Below the pieces are notes generated by a model, which had not been told where the DNA came from, did no database searches, and saw only the letters and a list, made by a program, of their open reading frames with translations. From the NCBI GenBank assembly GCA_043228905.1, contig JBHGNT010000001.1, forward strand, positions 34,410,001 through 34,474,000: a stretch of 64,000 nt of DNA. The letters are read 5' to 3'. The stretch comes from Azolla caroliniana (lineage: Eukaryota > Plantae > Polypodiophyta). Shown piece after piece: positions 53,841-64,000 of this stretch. How positions within the stretch are numbered: the first letter of the stretch is position 1; the number at the start of each line of letters is the position of its first letter. The translations under genes and the position numbers were made by a program.

Positions 53841-56689
53841 TATAAAAAGGAACACTTAGGTGATATTTACTAATTCCAAACTACAAGCACATGAACTAAC
53901 TTGTCCAAAACATGAATGCCTACTACCTACAATCACTATTTATGAGCTAAATATACAATCCTAGGAATTTCTATTAAGGTGCACATTTGTATTATAGTCT
54001 GTCTATATAGTCTATGCATGCCTCATACTTTGGGTTGGGGGATTCATGTGTACCATTTTTTTTTTGTTATTCTTTTACAAGTCCTACACATGGGCTGCAT
54101 TTTCCTAGACCGCAACCTCCACACACATGCTAGAATATGACACTGTATGAAAGTCATGTAAATGTTGCAGTAACAAGACCAATTTAGAGTGATTATAAAT
54201 TGAAATAAATGTATGTTCCCTCCCCAAATCAGGATGAATCATCTTTTAATTATTATCAATCTTTTTATATGAGCTTCCATATTAGGAATTATCAATGCTC
54301 ATTCTTCACTTATTAGATTCTATGTATTATTTGAAATGTGGCGCCATGCCATGTGTTATCTGGGACCACATTGTATACAGACGGGACCACATTAACTAGC
54401 CTATTGATAAAATCAATAATCGTCTTATTTTGTGCGGCATTGTTGATTTTATCAAGCATATGTTTTTAAATCTTGGGCTCCATTGGGTTTGTTGAATATA
54501 GTACTGTACTTACAATAGAGATTGTCAATAATATTGACAAGTACAAATCATATCGACCATCATCTGTACTGATCACAACTATATCGACAAATCACTAAGA
54601 ACTAATTTTTGCTTAAATTTATGTTATAAATGTTGTTGAAAACCATATCGACAAGTACCCATATTTAAATGTACTTGATTATGCAATCCCTCACTATCAA
54701 ACTCAAATTGATAACCCTTGAAATGCAGAGCATTTTAAGTTTGTTGTGTTTACCACATTCACCAAGTTATCAACTAACAATATTAGAAGCAAAGATTTTT
54801 TAAGAGTGAATGTGAGACTACCAAGAGATTAGATCAATTGCTACTCTACCTAGCCTACTTGAACTCTCATATGCCATTTTCTTCTTTCAATGCCGTCTAG
54901 CTCCATTGGATAGAGTTTGCTTTAGCTTGGCTAGGCCAAAAAACAATTCTTTATCAATCAAGTTTGAGGCAACCTAGAGCAACGACACTTCGTACTTGGC
55001 TTAAGGTTTTCGTGTTTATAAATTCTTCTTTAATTGTCTTGTGATGTTTTACATAGTAGAGTATTATATTAGACCTTACTAATTCATTATATATTTCACA
55101 TGACTTACACCACTAAAACCATTATTTGATGTACGCAAATATTGATTATGCCATCGGTACTTGTCAAGCTCAACACAATATTGCATGCATAATGTATGTA
55201 TATATGGAATTATATTGTTTGTATTGTGATCAAAGGGATGTTCAATATAGATACTCTATGAAGGTCCATCCATAAAGCTTAGGCATATCTAAAAGATTAT
55301 TATATTTAAGTTTATCAACAATTGAAATTCCATCAGATCAAAACGTGTATACTTCACAGTGACATCGAAATACATTTGTTTGTTACACAAGAGCTTCATC
55401 AAATATAATTGAATCAATACACATTTATGTCCATATCTCCCTTTGCAATATTGGTATTTGTAGATATCCTTGTTATGAAATTCATTAAACTAGCACTATG
55501 ATAATTTGCTCTAACATTATATTGTAATAGTTGAGATCATTTAATGTGTTAATGAGATTATATGTGTGCACGATGTTATGTATAATCATAGATGCTTAGA
55601 CTTTGATAGAATGAACCCAATATGCATTAGACGTTGGTACAATATATTTTGGTCAAAATTGCCTTTCATAAGTTTTACCTCTTCATGACAATGCCTAAAT
55701 GTCAATATCTTGCAAACTTCCTTACTTCCACTTGCTCAAGTGGATTCCACAAATATTCTGTCTCATCAGAATGACTAGTCCAAGTCTTGTTTGATATGTT
55801 ATCTCAACTTCATTTCTACCTCCAAATTAAAGCGACTTTTGTTATTTGTCAACTTCTCTAGTAGATTTATAAGAGAAGAAATTGGATGCATATAAAGTTT
55901 GCTTCTTTTTCTTTTTATTTATGTTTTATTCTTCTTTTGATTTTTTTTGGTTGGGATCAATATCAAATTTATTTGCTTTTTTGTCCAAGGATCAATTGCT
56001 TAATTTGCCGGTGACACCAAAAATGCTATCTGACTCTCTTCTTTTGTCTAATCTAAACAATGGTGTTTTGTAGTTTGCTAGCAAAACTTTGTTTCGCAAC
56101 ACCATAGAATGCAAATTAGAAAATAGTGGTGTCCAAGTTAATGAGTTCCCTTTTATGTTAACCAAGTTAAATCAAGACTAGCATGATGTAAAACTTATTT
56201 TTTTAATCATAATAGAAAAAAGAAGATGAAAATTTATGGATATTATAAATTAGGTTGAATTGTACAATTCATGAGTTCAACTTTTTGGTATGAATCAAAA
56301 CGTTAGATTATATGGACAACATGTAGATATAGTGCCCCACAACATCCCTAGTGACAACATATTCATGTTGATGTCGACATAAGATGTACTTGGTCTAGTC
56401 ATTCGCCGATTGGACCAAATGAAAGGCGTAGAAGTCGAAATTGATGTAATTGGATTATAATGTTCTTATATGTGTTTGTTTATATCGGACATTACAGTTG
56501 TAACGAGACGTGGATTGGTTGGGGTTCGAAACATTGAAGGGAATGATCAGTCATATGGACCTCATGTGCGAGCTTCTATAAGCATCATGAGTTTAGTAAG
56601 TAGTAATGGGGCGGCACAACCTTATGTTATATGCGCCAACCACTCGTAATTACGTAGAAATTAGGCACACTCACATACTTACATAGAGA

Positions 56690-56726
<37 letters not shown>

Positions 56727-57004
56727 GGTTCTAGATGTGAGTGTGGTGTTTTTTGTTTTTTTTTAATCCTTTGAAGAGCACAAGTTTTGTGTAGCTTTTG
56801 TAAACATTGGATTCCCAGTCAATTAATTTGGAGCTCCGCAAAACAGGAAAAGAGAAAAGAAATCCAAAAGTTATGCCAATAATTAGCTCATGAGTTTAAA
56901 TAAAAAGGAGATATATAAATCGATTTAAAAAAAGCCATACTCATATTTATAGAGAAGGAGCAGGGGAGGGCAAAGTACAACACTAGTAATAATAACAAAA
57001 AGAA

Positions 57005-57035
<31 letters not shown>

Positions 57036-57063
57036 GTAGTAGTTGTAGTAATAATAATAATAA
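57005..57063. repeat. (AAT)n/(AGT)n microsatellite
   Basis: Direct reading. Confidence 0.9.
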
Positions 57064-57454
57064 CAGCAAAAAAGAAGGGCTTGAATTGAATAACGGGCCA
57101 AACCCTATTTTAGTTTTTTGGGGTGTTATTATGTATATTTATTAGAGCGATTTAATCTATTAATAAATAAAATATGGTTAGGCTTACCAACAATATAAAA
57201 CCATAAATACACAAACACAGAGGAGGCTAAATACAAACACACACAATAATACTACCCTCTCTATTTTACCTAAAATTACATACTAGTATAAATAGCCATT
57301 ATATATAAAATATATATTGGCTTTTTATATATAACAATATATATATATATATATATATAATGGCTATATATAGTTATACTGCTATATATATATATATACA
57401 TGGGACGCTTCTTCTTCCTCTTCCTTCCTTCTTAATCTTCCATAGCTACACTGT

Positions 57455-57485
<31 letters not shown>

Positions 57486-57902
57486 GTATCAGTCAGTATG
57501 TATGTAGGTATTTTGTCCCCCATATAATTTATTTAAGCTAAAATTAGCCTAATGCACCTAGTACCCACCCCACCTAACAAGCTATACATTACATAAAACA
57601 TACCATACCATACCATACCATTACATATGGGGATGGAATGTCTAGCTATTCAGAACATATACATATCTGGGGCCTGCACAATAATTCATAATCATATATA
57701 GCTATGAACCAGAGGTATGTATGCTATACACATACTATCAGAGATTGTTCCCACTGCAGCCGTGACAATCTCTTCCTTTTGGCAGATCATTTTAGCCATC
57801 CTAATATGAGGTCTATATTAGAGGCAGTAAACTAGTTATGTGCATTTAGGCTAACCTATTTCATCCTTTTGTAACACTACTGATATTGTTATTATGGTCT
57901 CT

Positions 57903-58334
57903 TGGATTTGGGGAGTGTAGCTTGGCACGAGAGCAGACCTTCAATCTTTTCGTTTTCTTTTAAAAAAAAAAAAATTCCTTACTTTTAACTCATCCTTAGA
58001 ATACTGGTCTTTCTAAATTATACCCTACGTAGCTAAGTTTGATTTAACACACAGTAATTTTAATATGTATATATATATATAGATACATTATTTGCATTGC
58101 ATCAATTTAATTCAGTTATGTACTACTTAAGCTAAGTTTATCGATCAGGAGTGTTTAACGCTCAGTTAGTATTAATATACTTACCCTAATCAGTCGATGT
58201 ATTAGGGATATGAACTTTATCTAATTTACTTTAGCTTGGAATAATATTTGGTTTCATGTATCACAGTGTAACAATATAATTAGTTAGCTGATTGATTTTG
58301 ATGCTCTCGGACCAGGCTTCATTCCCCATATCCA
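57903..58334 (+). ncRNA. MIR166: MIR166 precursor (mature 58307-58327; predicted star 57912-57932)
   Basis: Exact miR166 TCGGACCAGGCTTCATTCCCC. Arm 57903-57935 pairs with 58302-58334 over 33 bp (4 mismatches, 2 G:U, no bulges). Extra basal pairing ACTACTGAT (57876-57884) with ATCAGTAGT (58361-58369). Upstream TATAAATA at 57287 and a CT/CA-rich leader. Confidence 0.92.
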
Positions 58335-59837
58335 TTCAATCAAGCAAGCAGAGAGCTTCCATCAGTAGTTAATTATAACTAACCAGGTATATTAAAACAG
58401 AAGACTAGAACTTAAGCTCAATTTACAAATAAACGTGAGAAGCAAAAACTAAAATTAAAAGAAAATGGCAGAAATTCAAAAATGGATTCATCAACTACAT
58501 CCAGGTCCTCAACAGGTAAGCAATAATAACTATAATAATAGTATACAGAGGAGTAATAATAATAATACTACAGTCTACTACCACTAATAATAGATATCAG
58601 TAATAATCATAACACTTTATTGATGAATGAGTACACACATTCAAGAAATTAGTTCTGTTGCCAACAGTTACTGCTATTGAATATAAGAATAATTATCCCA
58701 CATGCTATTTAATAAACTCTCCCACAAATCGTAAATTATATTATAAACTAGATAATAACTAGAAATAATAGTGATTACTGTAATGTACACAATAATTATC
58801 TTGCATGATTGTCAGTAAACTAATAATAATCATATCTATTTTTTTCTTTACGTATTATTGACTGAGGGAATTTAATAATAATAGTAGTGGAAATAAGAAT
58901 ATTGCAATAATAATTATTGTTGGATGGAAATCTATACAGTTAATATCATTGACTGACTGTGCCAAATTCAATTGTAGTTCTAATTAGAATAATAATTACC
59001 ATAACAATTAGGTTCTGTCAGTTTTTACTGATGACGCCATGTGTACGTTATTTTTAATTTTGTTTCTTTTTGCTGTAGATTGTATTAACCATCTTTATAT
59101 TTATAAAAAAGACAAATAGATGTATGTATAAATTCATGGGTGCATTTATAGGCTGTATATTCTCTCTGTTTTCTGCTTTTTTGCTTTTCAACTGTTTGCT
59201 TTTTCTTTATTGCTTTCTTCTTTTTTTGTTGGTGTATATTCCTGGGCTCAGCTTTTCATTTCCATCATCATGGCATCAATCCATAATGTGTGTGATTGTG
59301 AATGCAGCTTTATTATCTGCAGATATGTGTTCTCTCTTTTTCATAGGGTCAAATTGTAAAAAATTCTACATGCACACACCTACATTGAAAATAATGACAA
59401 TAATAGAGTGAATCAAAGTAGATGAAATTGACTGATTAAATGAATGAAGCATTAAGGACCCTTAATGGTTTAGAATTCATTAATGCCAATAGTGTTTCTC
59501 TCACAAACGTGAGATCATCATATCATGGAGAACTTTTTTTTTGGCCTTTTTAAGTTGGTCTAATGAATTAATGTTTGTGTCGACCCCGATGTGGACGTTG
59601 TCTCACCCGCTAGGTTCCTTCGGTTATATTTCACCTCCCACAACCATAATGAAGTTTACGAGAGGTTACCCTCTTTGTCTCCCCTAGAGGAGAGAGAACC
59701 CTCGATAAAGCATGCTAGACATGATCAGAACCTTTGATCAAGAAGATCGTCGAGGCGACCTACCAATCCCTAGAGAAAGCATGGTAGATATGTTGTTATA
59801 TCCCACTCCACAAACAAAGAAGAGCCATCATCGGGAA

Positions 59838-60084
59838 GGGTCAAAGGCTTTAGAGTCAAAACTTCACAAACAAAAGAGATATCATTAGGAAGTATCAAGG
59901 GCTTCAAGTGTCTCAGCAATAGTACATTGAGAGGAAGTGCCTCATGTGGTTGTCTGATGGGTCAAAGGCTTTAGAGTCAAAACTTCACAACCAAAAGAGA
60001 TATCATTGGGAAGTATCAAGGGCTTCAAGTGTCTCAAGAGCAATAGTACATCGAGAGGAAGTGCCTCATGTGGTTGTCTGATGG
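59838..60084. repeat. Two-copy tandem duplication (121-124 bp) in a TE-like GC-richer block
   Basis: GGGTCAAAGGCTTTAGAGTCAAAACTTCAC...GTGGTTGTCTGATGG at 59838 and 59959. Confidence 0.92.
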
Positions 60085-61099
60085 ACCAACCTTGCCAATG
60101 TTACCTTTTTACCTCTATTTAGTGTTTGCTAATGTACATATTTTCAGCAAGTGATCAAGCAATACAACGTTAATGTATTCGCATCTTTGGAAACATTAGC
60201 ACAATTCTTCTCCATTAGTCTCATCTGTGTTTATGTGTGAGTGTACTGTTACATCATGTGGTTGAGATGTGCTATATTACAACGTGTCATTTGGGTGATG
60301 TAAGCATGTGGCTTGTTTTATTTTAATCTCGTGGTGGCAAATTCTTATTTGCACGATATGTTGTCTATCAAGAGTAAACATAGATCTTGCAAGAGTGTCC
60401 TCGGTCAATCAAACATATATCTTCAATTTTCAATAAATAATTTATGGAGATACAGTAATTGCATTATGGTTTCTTCATTGTGCCAAAGTTTTTTTATTAC
60501 AATTTGTGCTAGGAATTCTCTATGTAGGGTCATTGGAGCATGTTTAATATTCCTTGATTTTTAGTGGCAAATTTCAAACTTGGAGTGATAAATGTAGATA
60601 TCAACCATTTTCTTGAGTCTCGACAATTGAGGAATAAAACAATAATAATGATCTATGGTAGACAATATAAATATTATAGACATTATTACATATATTTGGA
60701 GCCTTCAACGCTATGTTTATGTACACTTTTTTTCTATATGATAGTGAAGCAATTTTTATTGTAAATTGTCAAGTGACCTTTGAGACCCAAGTTACCATAA
60801 TGTTTTTATACTAAAAAATGTGTTTTACAAAGTGACTTATTCCTAGGTAAAACCACTAAGAAATTATTCAATCATGGGTAAAACCACTTAAGAATGATTC
60901 AAAGGCAAACATATAAAGTGAATTCCTTCAAATTTGTGTGCGTGATATGCATATAGTCCAAAAACCACAAGCTTAGTGTACCAATAGTCCAAAATCCCTA
61001 AGTCTGAATAGTTGGGTGATATCCATGTAGTCTCACCTCATTAGGAATCTTTGAGTGGTAGTACAAAATAGCTAAAACTAAATCCTTGTGAGCTTGTTG

Positions 61100-63700
61100 T
61101 GAACATGATCACAAAGGTATCTACAAAAACCTTTAGCCATTTGGTAGTTGTTGTAACATCATGGTAAATGTTAGGAATTCGAAATGGATCATTCTCACAT
61201 GTTTTGTCATGTGGATGGAGTATTTCCTCATCATATCAAAGTGTTTCCAATATCGTGTAAAATATCGAGCCAACAATATTGTACTATCCTTTCTTGGACC
61301 ACCTCTTTGAGGTTCAAAGTATTCATGAATGTTCATTGTTATTTGGTTGAGCAACTCATATGTTTTAGAGTAGATTATACAATGATGTGTAATAAATATC
61401 TTGCAACTCCTAAATTTTGTTCAGCAACCCCACAAGTAATGCATAGGTAAAAAAGAACTTGACTTGGTTGGGTTTCAAAAGGCATTGGGTTTGTTAGCAT
61501 CATCCGGGCCCAATTTAAGCGTGAACTCCATGTGAAGAAAAATGATGTCTTCTTTATTGTGTTAGGAGCTTGGCCAAAATTATTTGGAGAAGACGCTTAA
61601 CCACTTAAAGTGCTATGTGTTCAAGGTATGTGTGATGGTGAAGTTGATGAGGTTTTTATGGTGTATCACCACATGGATGCAATGTTGGCTCCCAATAAGT
61701 TGGGTCTTCATTCCTCAAACATTGGAGATGATGGTGGCCAACTCCTTACCAAGTATTAGGTAGTTTATATCAATTGATTTAAACTTCTAGGTGAAGATTG
61801 CGATTTGATACATGAGCATAGCGAAGTGATAGGTGGCAAACATGCATAACTTTAGGATGCAAGGTTGTTAAATCATTTTAGTTTAACTCTAGTCTTTGGC
61901 GTAACCTTGAAGTTCTTGTTCTTCTTGTCTATAATTAAATTTCTATTTTTGTTAATTTTCAATTCAATATTACTCTAGTTTTCAGTGCCCTTGACACAAA
62001 CCTCATTTTGAGTAAACTTGAAAGGAATTTCGAGGACACGTTGTGGCCTTCGTCAAGGGATGTAATGCTCTTTGCAAAGGAAAGGAAGGTTGATGAACTT
62101 TACATCAATCAACTTAGGTTTGTGAAAGAAATGGTGGAAATAGTGGAACTTCATAAGAGTTCTCAACCGGCCTTGTTTTTTTATAAAAGATTTTCTTCAA
62201 TAGTATTAAGAACAAAGCGCCCGAAGGCTACAACTTGAACCTAGCTACCAAGGAGGTTACAACTTTTCCTATACAATGTTGTAAAATACAAGGATGTTTA
62301 CATTTGTTGATATTCAAGAAAGAGTTCATGGAAGTCGATATTGCCATTGAGGCTCTTGAGTTGACATTGTAAACAGGGGCACCTTTTTCCATAAGTGAAG
62401 AAGCTTTTTCCTTTTCTTGTTCACAGTATCTGGGGAACCCTGCATATTGTCATACTGGCCACGGACTACTGCCAACAAGTTCTCCCATATCTCAAACAAC
62501 ACATATGAGAGATGAATGTCTACCCCATCATGGCCTTGTTACATGGCCATCAATATAAAATTTAAGTTATGCCCCAACCCCCAAAGCTACAATATCAATA
62601 GTCCAATGACAACGAAGAAATATGAATGATAGATTATGTATCTTTGGAGGCCATGAGTTTCTTTCCCAAAAGTACATTTTTATTAATAAATTTTGTCAAT
62701 AGTCTAAATGTTTATGGTCATTATAAGATGCATAAGCATTGTCAATCACAATGGTTGTGGTAAGGAAAAAGTGAGGTAGACGCAATGGCCATGGGGCTTA
62801 TGGTGAGAAATTATGGAGAACTTGGATATAAATGGCATAGAAAATGATATCTACATGATGTCCCAAATACATGAGATTTCTAGGATAATAGTAATAACAT
62901 GAAGCTTCATTGAATTGGTGAAGTTTTAACAACACAATAGGGCCGTCAAAGGTTAATCCATAATAGCATTTTTACTCGTTCATAATAACACTAACACGGC
63001 TAACCTTGTGTACATGTGCAGGTTTTTATATAAACATCTACCTTGAAGCTCGATGAATTTACGGGAAATTCAATTCTCCACCAAATGTCGCAGAGAGAAC
63101 TTTGCAACCACTTTTGTTTGGTTTGCCAAAAGTTGTAAAGCATTCTATTCTTGTAGACCACGTGTTTGCATTCATGATACTTCTCTCTCCATGTGCCTCT
63201 ATTCATGAAGGCTAGCCACTTTGTCATGAAACTCAGGCTAAAGAAATCTCAATGTCTTGAATAAATATTGACGTCCTAGATTCATTAATAATAAGGGATT
63301 GAGCATCCTTATTATGGTTGCATACATGAAACTATAAACTAACAAATACGTTTCATTTAAAATGAAGCAATAGTACATAGATGTGTCTGAAAGCATGCCA
63401 CCATATTGCATCAATAGAGAAATGATCATCCTTTTTAATGTGGCATGGAGTTTATTCACAAATAAGTTTTTTTTTCCATTAAAATGGAAGAAGATACATG
63501 CACACATATGTGTGCATGTATGTTGTATATGTATGCCCAAGATATTGTATCCATGACAATCCTTTTAACTCCCAAATTGGCTTTTTTCAATGAAACATAC
63601 AATCCATAAACTGAGTTGGTACATTTTAAATTGTCTTCCTTACTTTTTGAAATGGAAGGGGGTGTTGTTGGTTGGGTGAATTGTGTTTCCCACTTCATGA
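61100..63700 (-). mobile_element. Decayed Ty3/Gypsy pol remnants (RT, RNase H, integrase)
   Basis: Minus-strand fragments AFGRFV (about 62220), GHNVS (about 62045), MEFTLKLGP..ANK.NA (about 61530-61480), YLGHHV (about 62870) and DVYIKTCTCTQ (about 63040) resemble Gypsy motifs; possibly more than one element. Confidence 0.55.
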
Positions 63701-64000
63701 AACTTTCTTCACAAAAATCGCCCTAAAGTTAAAAGGTAAGTTTTAAACCCTGTATGCAACAAATTTAGAGATTGTCACTTCCAATGAGAATTTTAGTATG
63801 GTAAAACATTCTATGTATGTTTGTTTGTTGCTAGGTGAAGTTTTTTTAAAAGAAAACATTGTATTGCCATGAAAGAACATACAATGAAACACATAGTAGC
63901 TCTAAAATGTTCTTGAAACAACACAGAGTTTTTCCTATAGGTAACATGAGAATGACACAAAAAAATAAGCTCAAGATTTTCTAGGTTGCTTTTAAGCATC

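Noticed and set aside
57627-57650. GGGGATGGAATGT as the miR166 star arm
   Set aside because: Pairs only briefly; 57903-57935 gives a far better bulge-free duplex.

Overview
AT-rich eukaryotic DNA, most likely from a land plant (spliceosomal introns, plant TPP gene, miR166, plant-type U6); the lineage cannot be fixed from this window. I reconstructed two intact multi-exon genes by hand, both on the minus strand. One is an 11-exon trehalose-6-phosphate phosphatase (14794-12090, 387 aa). The other is a 10-exon multi-pass membrane protein resembling, from memory, the plant 'zinc transporter-like' At5g38380 family (40093-31234, 382 aa); it only splices in frame through a U12-type AT-AC intron (35797-35578). 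There is a MIR166 locus with a 366-nt loop (57903-58334) and a decayed U6 retrocopy inside a (GA)n tract next to two convergent tRNA-like heads. The rest is mostly transposon debris: five L1-like LINE 3' ends (two with 17-bp TSDs), a LINE > solo LTR > solo LTR nest with matching TSDs, a hAT-type MITE, Copia and Gypsy remnants, and short tandem duplications. I found no clearly new multi-gene system. The best second-look items are the AT-AC intron, the long-loop MIR166 with a possible spliced downstream ORF, and the Pol III retro-cluster near 45 kb. Most short ORFs in the supplied track look like noise.
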